Notes: a model not told the origin generated them from the letters alone. A stretch of 63,952 bases of DNA, filler included, from Bipalium vagum (GCA_037834085.1; 3 parts of 3 records of this genome joined end to end with filler, not necessarily neighbours in it); one strand, 5' to 3'. Positions 23,708 to 49,102 are shown, numbered from the whole stretch's first letter. Made by a program: numbers and translations.

Positions 23708-23749
23708 AACCAATCAGATTTCGTAATGTCATGAAAACGAACCAATGAA
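23708..23749. promoter_or_regulatory. Tandem CCAAT (NF-Y-like) boxes upstream of EGR
   Basis: AACCAATCAG (CCAAT 23710-14) and AACCAATGAA (CCAAT 23742-46), 32 bp apart, about 140-175 nt upstream of the inferred ATG. Confidence 0.5.
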
Positions 23750-26700
23750 ATTACAGTTGAGAAGAGAAATTTTATTTACATTAAATCCAGATTTTCTATA
23801 AATATATCTTTTGTAATAAGTACTCAAGTTATTGACAAAAAAATTTTTTTCTTCTGGAGGTAAATATAATATAAATGATCCTGTTCTGAATATATTAAAG
23901 TTAGACAATATATATTTAAAATTAATCGATTTGTAACAGTTTCATTTTTTTAATTAACCTAATCAATTGCAGTGAAAATTAGAAATTCATTCAATTTTTT
24001 GTGAGAATTTTTTCATCTTTGACAAGATTTTTAATAATTATAATTTATCAATTTTTCAAAAATTATATTGATTGTTTGAATTTATCAAGAAAATTTCAAT
24101 CGATATTTTTAAGTCTAAAACTAATTCAATATCATGAAATGTAAATTAATGCACATTTTTATTAGGCAATTAAAATAAAAAAATTTTTAATTGTCTACAT
24201 CATTATGACACGGTTTCTTTTACTAATGTTAATCGTCTTATTTTGTTTTAATGGAAACGAAATCAAATCAAATCAGAATTTGAGACGGTTTAGAAATAAT
24301 ACTTTATAATTTTAATGACCACTACTCTGTTCAAACTAATCAAAAAGACTCATTAAAACAAAAGGTAATATTAACCAAAAATGATTATTAAATTCGAATA
24401 CAATGAGATAAAAAATAATAATAACCTTCTATAAGAATGAACAAAAAAATTTAAAGGAATGTATATTTTCCAAATTTTGGATACTCTTATTGATTTATTT
24501 TATATATTAATGAGAATAATTTTGCAATTATAAATAAATAATAAAAAAAATTATTATCTTAGTTTAGGGAAAATATAAAATATCACATCAAAAATCACAA
24601 AACACCTTATAACTTTATTTACAATGATCTCTACAAGAAAATTTACAGAACTTACTCTTAAGTTCCCACATTTTCGGAAGTGGTAATTGAGAGAGTCACT
24701 TATAAATAAAGTTTTGCCCGACAGTATGAAGCATCTTTTTATTTGTCAATATATTTGAAAATAAATAATAAAAATAATATGATGAAATTCTTACTAGTTT
24801 GGATGTGGGAGTTTTATACTCGACTTAAACAATGGACATAATTTCATTTTAATACAAAACTCGAAAAAAACAGATGGATTTTTGACGGAAACTATTTAAT
24901 ATTTTTAAATACTACTTATAAAAAATAATTATTTTAATATTGATCAGCTCAATCATCACTTTCGAAACCTGTTATCTTTCTTAAATATTTGCCTTTTATA
25001 TTTTAAACAAATAACTGAAGAAACATTATTTTCGATTTTTCTTTTAAATATTGATCTTTATTATTTTTTTAGGATTTGTCTAAATTAAACAATGGAATGG
25101 GAAATAAAATCGGCATCATTGAATCTGAAATTAGTTTTGATTGAAAAATTTATATTTTATTAAAAGAAAAGACTCAAAATATTTATTCGAAAAATTCTAT
25201 CTTGAATAAAATTGATTTATTTTGTGAATTTCCATTTAATATTTCAGTTATTATTGATCCGTTGAATCAAATTTATATAAATTAGAATTTTGAAAGCGAA
25301 ACTACATTCTTGTATAGGAACATGATGAAGAATCATTTGTAATTTTAATTATGAATTATTAAATAAATAATCATTTTGATTTGAAAAAAAGTGACATTCA
25401 AAGATTAGCATAAAGTAATGTAAATGATACCATGTAATATGATTTGTTCGTCAATATGAAAGATAGGTTATTATTTAATAATAATTGAAAAATATGTTAA
25501 TAAATAAAATGAATTTCTTATTATTTTGAATGTGGGAGTTTCCAGCTATATTTAAACAATGTATAATATTTCATTTTAAATTCAAAAATTGAAAGAATTT
25601 TGTGAATTATTTTATTTATTGTTATTAATTAAAGAAAATTTGATATCATATGAGATTTTTAAATAAAATAGATTTTTTTTCAAGAGAAGAAATTAATATA
25701 GAATATCGTTTGTTAAAAAAATAATACCACTTTAATTAGATGATGTAAAGCTCAATAATTATTATAATTTTATAGTATTTTTTTATAAATTCATTCAAAT
25801 CTTTCAGAAAAATTATTATTGAATGTTTCGGTATTAAGATTAAATATAAATATCATTTTGAATTTATATTAAAAAGATTTTTGTACAAAATATGTTAATT
25901 TATCAACATAACAGTATAAATATAAACAACTATTGTTAATGGTTTCGGTGGTGAATGGTAGACTTTCTATAGTTAGCAACTCACACCCTATTTTGCTTCA
26001 ATTATCATATTTACCATTAGTAGTAGACTTGAAGAAGTTGTATTGTTTTGTATTCAACATAAATAACCATCAGTAATTTTGTTATGTAGCTCAATTTAAC
26101 AATAAAAAAATATTCGGACGTAATACAATATCAATAACCTTTAAATTTACTAAGAAAACAAAGTTAATCAATAAATTTCCGAAATCAAAAGAACTTCATA
26201 AATTTATTAGGTTGCAAAATAAATTAATCTTCATTTTTTTTATAATTTTTATCTTATCCCAGGGTTATATAATATTCATTTGGTTTATCCTATGTATTTA
26301 GACTAGATGTGTCTGTAAAGTAATAAGTTGCCCTTTTATATTTACAGGAACTTTTAGTCCTTTCCTACAAAAATTAAAAAATCAGGTATGAACAGTTTAA
26401 TAATTGACATATATTGTCCAAATATTCAACTAAATAAAATTAGGTTGTCAGAATAACACGAACACAAAATCAACAGTCTAATGGAAAAGAAAGGATCTAT
26501 TTCGTGAAATCTTATTCTCAAATAAGTAAATTAAAAATTATTCAAAAATAAAAGCAATTACAAACACGTAAACGTTTATTATAATCATACTCATTCTCGT
26601 ACTATCAAAAAACGATTACACGTTACAAAATCTGTTTTTATAACAATATCTAATTCCTTAAACCCACACATTTTTTATTCATTTTATAGATTTAGTCAAT

Positions 26701-27064
26701 TTTATAAAATTCAATGGAATATTCATAATAGAATTTTTAACTTTAATATATAAATTTTCTATGTAATTAGATTTAATTTTTAATAACTTGATTTTCTATA
26801 ATAAATCAAAGCTTTAATAAATTTAGGTATAAGTGTATATATAAAGTCATTCATGTCCAGATCATTTTGGTAGTTATTTATAAATTAAATAAAATGTAAT
26901 ACATTAAGTTTTAAAAAATTAAACATTCATTATTTTTATAAATGTATAAAACTATTTATTTTTATGATACATTTGTTTTAACTTTCTAAAAATTATCAAT
27001 CATTTGATTATTTTCAAATAAATAATTTTGTTTTCAATCTTTAAATATTTACAGTTTCGTTAAA

Positions 27065-29521
27065 ATGAGTATTATGTTCGATCGAAAAACAGTTCAAATT
27101 TTATGTCACTGCAAGAGATTTTTGCCTCTCTGTAGAACTTATTTTTGCAGATATTGCTATCAGATCAGATGTTCAAATTGTATTACCCATGAGGTACATA
27201 ATGTGCTCAATTTCCACCTTATCTTTTTCAGGTCGACTGTTATTACTGCCCAACTTGCTTAGAAACCATGGCTAGTGGTGAAGCAAATTCCCGTAAGGAC
27301 AAATGTACAAATTGTTTTGATTGTCCCAGTTGTGGCAATATGCTTTCTCTACGCGCATCGGTTTTACAAGTTCCAAATGCTGATGATCCAAAAAAGCCCG
27401 ATCTCCAGAAATTTTATTATATGGCTTGCAGCTATTGCCGATGGACAACACGGGAATCAGACATCCCAGATCGAAAAACATCGACTAATTTTTGGCCCCA
27501 AAATGAAAATCCATATAATAAACAGGTTGATCGAACACTTTTAAAATCTTTTCTTTAATCGATGTTTTCTAGATCAAATCACTTGTCGAAAGTTTCAACC
27601 AGTTTGCCAGCAAGGAGAAATTGGAAAAAGAACGTCACAAATACGCGAATAGGAAAAACTATTTCTTCCTCATGGTAATTTTTTCAATCAAAACATTATA
27701 TAAATAATATTGATTTATAATTATTTTATTTCCATTTATTTATTATTGATTTGTGATGATATTCTTAAATTTAACTCAAGAGCTCAGTAAATTAATTTTT
27801 AAAATTTTATTGATTTTTATTACTTGTATCTCTGACACGAATGTTTTTAATTTTAAAAATTTCAAATAAAGTGTTAATGATAATTCCTGATTTTCAATTT
27901 ATCAATAAAATTCTAAAGCTTTAACGAGAAATTTGAGACTTTGAGCCAAACATTAATACAATGGGATTTTTTTCTTTTCCTCTTATTCAGAACGATAATT
28001 TATTTAATAGTAATTATATTATGATGAAATTAGAGTCTCAGAAATATCTCTTTTAAATAATAAATCAATTTTTTATCATAAATTACGACTGCAATTTGAA
28101 AAAAAAGTGGGAAATGAGTAAAACGCGTTATCCTTTGGATTTTTTAACAAGATCAATACAATTTTTATCAAGAGTCACTTCTTAATAGTATTTATGAAAG
28201 AATCAATATTCAAAATATTTTATATTTTAATTAAAATTATCGATTTTTCTAAAAAATTAATGATCGTGTCCAATTAGAAATTGCGGTTTGTGTCAAAGAC
28301 GAGCAATTCTCACAAAGCCATTGCAAAATTAATTCATATTTGTAAAAATTAACAATCATTTTTATTTTAATATTTATCGTTGGTCATTTTTCTCTGATGA
28401 TTTTTATATCATTATTATGACATTATATTAATGGTATGCAAAATATTTCTTCAAAACTAGTTCTTCCTTTTCCTACAGAACAATTTTGGGAGTGATTAAA
28501 TTACAATCGTATCTGAAATGACACTGTTTGTATAAAGGTTGATCATCATGATATTTCGATTAATACACGATATTAAAGTGTTTTATTTTTATTTGATTTA
28601 AAAATTAATTGATTTTCTTAAAAGTTCTAATAATCAATACTTCATTTTTTATTATCCAATGAGATGTGTGATAGAATTATTCGATATTTATTATCTAAAA
28701 CTGAATGCATTGTCATATTAAGAATTTCTATTCAATTGATTGATTTAGAATATGAGTTGAACTCTTCATCAAAAAATATTTCTGTTGTATCATAATTAAT
28801 GGTTCATTATTACTTGTCGTTTTTTGTGATGTTAGTTACTCTTTCCTTCAAGATTATAGAATATAATGAATTTAAGTTGAACAAAAAAAGTCACGAGTAA
28901 AGCTTAAAGTGAGCAGAAACTAAGTTTTTACCTTTTCCTGTTATATGAGTAAAAATAAAATGGCTGAAACTTACATTTCAATAAAACATTCAGGATTCAA
29001 TGGCCGGATCGAATCGAAGACGGTACTCGACACAGTTACGATTGAGGTTGTAGTTTTATTGATATCTGATTGTAGTAGTCTTATATTAATGTTTGACTCG
29101 AGCAGTAAGCGTCACTCGGAAATCGAAAAGCCCATTCAAATTCAGCCAATGGAGGCAAAGGAAAATATTTCCGACATCAATGAAGATTTCTTTGAGAAAA
29201 AATTTTGTCTCGAAGAAGGTAACGTAGGGATTTAATTTTCACAATAAAATATCATCTTTATTTCGGTCGATAGTGACTAATATCGAGCAAAGATTGCGAG
29301 ACCCGGAGAGACAGCCGAGATCGATGAAAAATTTTCGACCAATCAGCAAACAGATCCTTGTCAAAAGGTCAATGCGATGTCGTAATTGTGATCATAATTT
29401 GAGCAAGCCGGAAATCGCTACAAATTCTATACGGTTTAAAATCAATTTGGGTAGTGTATATCATGTCCCGGAGATAAAAATCAAAATGTTGCCGAAATCA
29501 CCACCATTTGAGTTCAACAAG
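27065..29521 (+). CDS. DCTN4: Dynactin subunit 4 (p62), 3'-truncated by contig end
   Basis: Approximate exons 27065-27193, 27232-27525, 27573-27674, 28993-29046, 29106-29218, 29274-29521. YFCRYC, HEVDCYYCPTCLE, CTNCFDCPSC, YYMACSYCRWTTR and KRSMRCRNCDHNLSKPE are DCTN4 motifs. Confidence 0.93.
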
Positions 29522-30634
29522 GTTTGTTTCTTAAACATCTCAAATTTTTTGAAAGGCGTTCCGAACGAGACGTTTAAGTCTGAAAAACTAGAATATCTGA
29601 CAGAGAGAGACCGGTTGGAAAACATTTGATTGACTATTCGAAAAACTTCTATTCACTTATAATAAAAATAAAATACTACTACTACTAATAATAATAATAA
29701 TAAAATAGTGACAATAATAATTGTTAGTAACATTTATATCACTCGTGAAATTCTCCAAACTCATTTTCAAATTTATATTTCGTTTGTCACACAAATTATA
29801 ATTATGTATATAAAAAAATATCAATAATTAATTTTAAATTATAAAACATCAAACTATAATTTAAATTAGTATTGGTTTTTAAATCCTCCCATCTCACTCT
29901 TAAAGAATTTCTTGGTCTTTTCAATGTTTTTCACAATTTTCTCTATTTTGACTAGTCATCTCATAGCATCTGCCGTGGATCTTCTGATTTCATAGTATCT
30001 TCGTATTGATTTTGGTCTTTGGTTCTACCTTCTTTTAGGTACATTTGGGTTATTTAATGTATTCTTTGAAACCTTTTGGAATCCGGTATTATTCTTCCAA
30101 ACTAGCTTGAAAGTATTTTTAAAGTTTTGTCACCGAGCCCAATTTCTAGCTCAGCTTTTCCAAGCAATTCTAACTTGCTTTTTTGCATATCCTGTTTTTG
30201 ATTACTTTTAATCATCTTTATGCTTCGAAATCTCTAAAATAGCTCTGGTCTCATCACTTATTCTTTCTCCCAGATCTAAGAGGCAATCCATTTCGTGCCT
30301 TATATCTACACTGTTATGTTAAGTGTTTTTTAATTTTTGATGATAACTATATCTTCTTTTTTAAACTCGTTTATCAACATTCTCTTCGGAGAACCCGCAC
30401 CTTCTTGAGTCTCGCTCAACTTATGTTTTTCATATTTTAATTCTTTAAGGATTTATACACTGTCAATGTCTTAACTTTTCATAAAATATAAAAGATACTC
30501 TGCTAATACACTGGTGGAAATAAAATTATAGCCACCACCCAAAACCTAATTATTTTTCTAAAAACTGAATAAAATTTACTAAATTATTTTGTACGTTTAA
30601 TATACGTTCATAACAATAAATATTAATCGCTAAA

Positions 30635-30734
30635 NNNNNNNNNNNNNNNNNNNNNNNNNNNNNNNNNNNNNNNNNNNNTTAATTAATTAANNNNNNNNNN
30701 NNNNNNNNNNNNNNNNNNNNNNNNNNNNNNNNNN
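30635..30734. other. Artificial contig linker N44-TTAATTAATTAA-N44
   Basis: Exactly 100 nt, with a palindromic core giving stop codons in all six frames. Same design as 48267-48366. Confidence 0.95.
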
Positions 30735-31606
30735 ACATGTACCTGGATTCCATGCTTGACATTCGGAAGAATACAACATTGTTTGTGGCTTTCAGATTTT
30801 CTTCTTTTTACGTACTGCTTTCTTCTATCCGAATTCATTTTGAATATTTTTTCATCAGAGAATAAAATAGAATCCCATTCATTTCTCACAGGACACGAAA
30901 TACACATAGACGACCATTCTTTACGTCTTAAACGTTGCTTAAAATTGAGAAAAGGTTTTCTGCCAATATATGAGGTACAGAATATATTTCAGCTAGGCAG
31001 TGCTCCATGTCATAAGGCAAGATTGGTGACTTCAATTTTGGAAAAGTTTAAATTATGCATTTGAGTGATTAGCAGACTCAATCATCAAATCTGAATATAA
31101 TTGAGCCTTTGTGGGTTGATCTGAAAGCCAGAGTTGCTATCTGTGGGCCGACAAATACTGAGACACTGTGAAAGAATTCGGAGGAAAAGTGAGCAATGAT
31201 TCCAACATCTAAAATTAAAAATCTAGATGAAAGCATGCCAAGAAGGATGCAAGAGGTCATTAAAAATAAAGGCATGAGTACAAGGTACTAATTTCGAATA
31301 TCTTAATTGTTCATGAGGTTAACTGTTTCTTAAAATGTTTTTCTTCATTTGAAATGTAAATAAAAACATGTTTTACTAATGTTTTATTTTTGTATTCAAA
31401 ATAACTTAAAAATTGATGTTTTAGAAAAAATTGGTTTTTCTACATTTACAAAAATAATGCTTTAGAAATTTTTGATTGGAAACATGTACTTCAACATATT
31501 CTCTCATGTAGTTAGATAAAAATTGAATCAAAGTACTTATGGTACTATATATCCAACATTTTATGGAAATAATAAGGGTGACCAAAACATATGTACGGCA
31601 TTGTAT
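30735..31606. mobile_element. Tc1-family element relic with two halves in opposite orientation
   Basis: Minus 30907-30735: EWDSILFSDEK...VKHG (first D). Plus 30980-31290: IFQ..SAPCHKA, NIIEPLW, SMPRRMQEVIKNKG. TIR-like end ...CATATGTACGGCATTGTA. Confidence 0.8.
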
Positions 31607-31877
31607 TTATTAATTTAATTGTCAAATTTTTAGATTATCATGCTTGAATTAAATATAAAAATTATTAATTTTAGTACAGTTATATTAACATGAAAACTTA
31701 ATTTCCAAAGTAAAAATTAAATAACGTTTATTTAAATTCAAGAAATTTTATTCAGTTAATTATATATTCTTGTTTGAAAGCAGTAAGTATATTTATAATT
31801 AATTGATAATTTGAAAATTGAAAATTTAAATTTGTTACTTTAACTAATTTATGGAAATTTGCAATTACTAAAATTCA

Positions 31878-43397
<11,520 letters not shown>

Positions 43398-45250
43398 ATT
43401 TTAATAATAATATTATTATCTCATTTTCCAATCGATCGTTCAATTTTTAACGATTAATTCCGTACACATATATATAGTACTACAATTGTGAAAATAGCTC
43501 AATTTTACATTTTGTGCGATAAAATGTTTGATTAATTAAATCAATAATTTATTGATTTATTATTATCTCTTGTGATTCCAATTTTATCCTCTTTTACATT
43601 GGTTGTGTTTAGCATATTTTTTCAGCTCGGGGTTGTGTGATGTCGGGCGTGACAATTGGTCTCAATTACATTGCTCATTGACATTCAATAAAATTGATGG
43701 TACACCCAAAATAAAATCAATTTTTGTTTAATGCAAGTCTCCATTGTGTTTTCTTTGGAGTCTTTGAAATATGACAAGTGATTATTTAGCGAATTATTGT
43801 GGTCTTGAGATTTAAACTTTTCAGAATTTATAATGTAATAGTTATACAATGAAGTTCTAATCATTTCTTTTTGTATTTATTTCCAATTTCCGGTTTTTGA
43901 AATGGTTTATATATCGAATTTTGCTAAGTAATTCTCAGAACACTTAGTGTATCAATAAACAAACTTTTATATTGGTGTTGTGATAATTTTTCCTATTAAT
44001 TGTTTTTATATTTGTTTCTTTTTATATATATATATATATAATCATCTAAAAATTTAATAGATTTTTATAATTATTTGTTACCATTATATTATATTTTAAT
44101 TTTCTAAAAAAGGGGATATGATTCTTTCGAGATTTGAACATCTAATTTTTAAGTTTTTCGCACTATGAATTTTAAAATTATTTGTCCAAATTTTAAAGAA
44201 CGGGTAGTCGGGTTGATATTTGAAGGTTTATTGGTCAAATGTTTTGATATTAATTACTATATTTATTTTTAATGGTTTGAACTATTGAAGTTTTTACCTA
44301 CTTCACTCCAGTTTAATTTTTAATTTCTTATTCAATTTTGTAATTAAATTAATTTTATAAATAGAAAGCATGCAATGAACTGAAAAATAGTTTATTATTG
44401 ATGATTTTCTCGGGTTTAGATGAAACACATTGAAATAAAAATTAAATTACATTGTTCAAATAAAAGAGAAGATGACTAAAATTTAATAACGTGAAATGAT
44501 AAACTTAAAACTCATTAAGTGACTACAAGGATCAAAAAGGAGTCATGTATTGAAAGCGGAAGAGCACCAATCCAATTTAGCTATTTAAAACCTCAGTTTA
44601 TACCGAGAAATTTTTATTTCTCACTGCCATTACTTTATAACTTAAGATGATTTCGAAATTTTAAAAATCTATGTAGATTTTGCCGCATAAATAAACTTCA
44701 GTTTTTTACTGATTGCTAGAAAGTATTTTTCCATAACTATCTTTTCATGTATTAACCCTGGTTACAATGGATTGATTGAGACCGGATGTTTTATCTGGTG
44801 ACATATTTCTTGTTTATGATTGTAAAATTAAGCATTTTTCCACAAAAAACTCGAATAATTATATCTAAGGTATACAAAGATAACCTAGGTAATAATCAAT
44901 TCGACATGCAAAGTTGTAACCAATATAGAAATGTATGTCCCGGGATGCTTCATAAATGAATTCTGAAGGACTTTGTTGACAATTGTATGAAGATGAAGAA
45001 TGTTGTCAAATTTTCTTATGAAGATATTATAATGTACTGAGAATAAATGCTTTATATGCGGAAAATTGTTAATAACGAGTAACCAATAGTTCACATCCTT
45101 CCAATTGGTTTTTTCTTATCTATTCTGGGCAAATACAAAGATGAATGAAAACCTGATGTAAAACGAAGAATAATATCACAAAAAACCAAAAGAAGCATGA
45201 TGATCAAAATTTTATTAAAGAAACGTTGCCACGTACGTACAAAACCCAAT

Positions 45251-47952
45251 CTAATACTTAATCAATTTAGTCGGTAACATAAGGTCAGAAGAGTCCTCAT
45301 TTGAGCGTTTCATCTCGCTCTTGACAATAAGTGCTTCCTCTTTAGCTTTGATCGATGGTAATTTTTTAATAAATTGATCGTGTTTCGAAATTCTTATAGA
45401 AACAGCTAAAGATTTTTCTGACTCCTCGCCTTCGATCTTCCTGGTACCCGCTAAAATGTATGTATAATTGTTGAACGATCCAAAACTGAAATCAAGGATT
45501 AAAAATCCCTCCAAAATCATATGACACAGTGCTTTCTCGAAAAACAATCGACATTTCAATTCCGGAAACTTTTTCGACAATTCCAATCGGAATTTTGTCG
45601 CTTGACCGTACAGTTCACCAATGAGTTTGTTTCCCGTGATTTTTTTCGAATTTTTCGATTTCTCGGCATTATTTATGATGTCAACAGCACTGTTACGAAG
45701 CTCCGAAACATCCACTGAAACAATTTCAAAATCTAAAAAGACCAAGAAAATGATCAGTATTTCCGTAACCAACACACCAACCGTTCTTATCTTTGACAGT
45801 GTCGGCACACACCGAACACATTGATTGGCAGCGTTTCTCATCAAATTGCTCTTGGAAAATTGATGCCAGAAATGATCTTTTGCACACATTTTCCTCCAGA
45901 GCGAATCGATTCATTATGTTCAAATTTGCAATGCCAACTTTTTCTGTAAAAAGATTCGATCCGATTTTAAAGTATTCCGATAGTTTCCAAAACAGAACAC
46001 AATCGGCACGATTACCATCGCGACCAGCTCTGCCTGACTCCTGGTAGTAATTTTCCAAGCTTTTACTCATCGACATGTGAATAACGAATCGCACATTCGG
46101 TTTATCGATTCCCATTCCGAAAGCTATTGTGGCAACAATCACCTAGAAAAAATAATTATTATTATCATTATTATTTTTATTGATTAATTATTCTTTTTTA
46201 TTAATCGTATTTTATTTATTATTATTATTATAAAATCAACAACAATCGAAATATAAAGATTTAAAGAAAATAATAAATCAATATTTTGTTGATGGATAAT
46301 ATTATTTGGTAACTACTAATTTTACTGTTGATTTTAATAAAATATTTTTCAAAATTCATTTGTATATTCTATTTGAAATCGTGAATTCTTAATTATTAAA
46401 ATAAATATTAATTTTAATTATTATTTTATTAACCTTTTATTTATATTGTTGAATTGAAGAAAATTCGATTAATCATTTTACAATCCAGTTCAAATTAAAC
46501 ACTAAAATAAAAAAATGTTCTAAAAATTAAATTTTTCTTATTTTGGAAGTTATACAAACATACAAATATTTGAATCTGGTACGTTCATAGCAAGTGAAAT
46601 ATTCTCATGACCAAAGTGGTCGATTCTCTCTTAATTCAGAGTGTAATCATTATTTCAGAGAAATTTTCCGAAAAAATCAATAATTGTTTCACAATAACGC
46701 CGATCTCATTTCAGATAATCAAGGCTGTCGAAATCAAATGAGTTGAGAATAACGCCGACATTTTTGGTTTCTTTATCAACAGACTCATTTCTTAAGATTT
46801 CTCATTAACTTCAAAAACCGAACCGATACAAAAAAGGTATTTATTGAGCTATTTGTTTTCAGAACTTTATTCCATTTAAATTAATTAGCTTGTTTCTCTT
46901 TTGAAAAAATTATTGATTCTCATAATTTTAAATTCGATCAATAAGGTTAATTTTGAGATGAGTTGAGCTCATTTTTATTTTAATTATGACGAAACAAAAT
47001 TGTTTCTACATATCACAAGAAATCCTAATGAAAAACACTGCCCATAGACCATGGATCGGTTATGGTGCCTTCCTCAGAGAAATCAGTCGCTTTGCAGATG
47101 TATTTGGCTGGGAATATGTGTTGAAAAGACACCTCCATTTTTCGTCGCATTTAATAATTATTTTAAGTATTGAACTTTATTTCTCTTTCTTAGCAATAAA
47201 GACGAGCAAATAGATAAACACTAATATTTTAAATTTTCATTTAATTAATGCGAGACTTATTTTGAAGCTTCTTAACTTTTCAAAATTGTTGAAGATGGTT
47301 ACAAACTGTGGTATTATCAATTCCAATCATCTCTGCAAGTTCACATTTTTATTGTAGAGTTTGGCCTGGATAATGATTTTTCAGTGGATTGTTATAAATA
47401 TTTGGTGGTCGTCCTAAACGAAACTCGTCTAGAAAAGACGTGTCTCCAGAACGGAATCTTTTGTACCGAAACACTGAGTATTTCATTTGTTAATTGAATC
47501 TTTATCCTACGCTTGGCAAATACTGCATTCCTTTTTAATTTAAATTCATATAGAAATTTTCCAATTTGCGCAGCCTTCATTGTCTATTATATCTAGTTTA
47601 ATATTATTCAAACAACCCTAAATAATACAATAAAGTTTCATATCGAAAGATGCCTACCCTAATATTATAAATCAATAATTATAAAAATATTAATCAAAAT
47701 CTTAATATTTTTTTCTTTAAGGTTTGCATATTAAAAATCGACTATAATTTTCCATCAACCTAATATCAATAATACTTAGAATGATTACTAAGAACCACTC
47801 ACTTTGCATTCTTCATTGAGCCAATTTATATGAACTTCTTTACGTTCCTCGTAACCCATACTTGCATGATAGAAACATGATTTGATTCCTTTTGACTGTA
47901 ATTCCCCGTTCACCCTTTCACAGTCCTTCTGAGTGAAACAATAGACAATACC
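45251..47952 (-). CDS. RECQL: RecQ1-like DNA helicase, 5'-truncated by contig end
   Basis: Exons about 47952-47801 ([12 protein letters not shown]...FYHASM), 46143-45782 ([34 protein letters not shown], Zn-binding C..RC..MCSVC) and 45732-45251 (winged helix [19 protein letters not shown]). No HRDC domain, as in RecQ1. Confidence 0.88.
47280..47625 (-). mobile_element. mariner N-terminal relic in a RECQL intron
   Basis: [11 protein letters not shown] resembles the mariner HTH 'LYEFKLG..A'. TIR-like TAGGGTTGTTTGAATAA lies just upstream. Confidence 0.55.
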
Positions 47953-48266
47953 TGATTTTTATAAACCATTAACTATTATTTTTTCAGAATATCATAAAAA
48001 GAGCAAATGGATACTAATCAAACTCGTGAATATAGTAGAATCTGAAAAGTAGATTTGAGCCATTTCATGGTTCTTTTTTGAAAACCTCTAACCTCCACTG
48101 AACTCGGGTATTTTTCAAAAAAAACTATTAGGTTGTAAAAAAATTAATGGCGGTTTATGAAACTTAATTTTTGCAGTATGAATTAATATAGGAAAATTTG
48201 TTTTATTAATATAAATTTGTTTTCATATTGAAGCGTAAATTTTAAAAAAGGTATTTCAACAAAAAA

Positions 48267-48366
48267 NNNNNNNNNNNNNNNNNNNNNNNNNNNNNNNNNN
48301 NNNNNNNNNNTTAATTAATTAANNNNNNNNNNNNNNNNNNNNNNNNNNNNNNNNNNNNNNNNNNNN
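48267..48366. other. Artificial contig linker N44-TTAATTAATTAA-N44
   Basis: Identical design to 30635-30734. Confidence 0.95.
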
Positions 48367-49102
48367 TCTTTTAATGCTTTTGGGCGAAACATAAATTTTA
48401 TTATTTGATGATGTTATTGTTTCACAAATTTCTCTATATATCTTTTTCCTTTTAGAAGTAATTCCTATACTAATTTTTTTCTCCAATATATAATAGTATA
48501 GCTCTAAAATTTGATGTTGCAATAGGAACATAAATTAATAATTTTTTTTCCTCATGTTGGCATTCCTGTCATAATTGCAGTTCCAATTCCTAAAATCCCT
48601 CCAATAAAAGAAATTCATAATTTAAAATGAGAATCTATAGATGTATGTTTAAATTTTTAATTTTTATAATGTTTTAAAAAATCCCCTAAAACTGTTATTG
48701 TAATCTTTTTCAAATTTATTTTTATACTTAAAAATTCTTACATGGTCACCAATATTATACTTTGGTTTTTATGTTAATTGATTAATATTTTCATTTTCAT
48801 TATTTTTTTTTTAATTTTTCTGGACTTTTACTCGTTACATTAGAAGATATTCCAATTGAATTATGAATTTTATTGTTATAAATAATTATTAAATTTGGTA
48901 ATAAGTTTAACCATTTTCTATTTCCTTGTTCTGTGGATTTTTTAAACATCATACTCTTCAAATTTTTATTTTCATGAGTATTTTTAAAATGTATGTTTGT
49001 ATTTAAATGTTTACTCTTATTATGTTTTAAAATACTTTTATTACAAACTTCACAAAAATATGTTTCAGTCATTTTTTTAAAAAGAAAATAATGATTATGC
49101 AT
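48367..49102 (-). mobile_element. Polinton/Maverick relic (C2H2 finger fused to retroviral-like integrase C-terminus)
   Basis: YFCEVCNKSILKHNKSKHLNTNIH, then NRKWLNLLPNLIIIYNNKIHNSIG and KPKYNIGDHVRIFKYKNKFEK. These match the 'W...L......YN...H..I' and 'PKF.VGD.VRI......F.K' motifs of Polinton integrases. Confidence 0.7.

Noticed and set aside
30679-30690. TTAATTAATTAA palindrome as a biological site (for example a piggyBac target)
   Set aside because: It is centred in Ns and repeated identically at 48311-48322, so it is an assembly spacer.
44885-45094. Minus-strand 69-aa ORF downstream of RECQL
   Set aside because: No consistent exon chain or homology could be built; may be UTR or decayed sequence.
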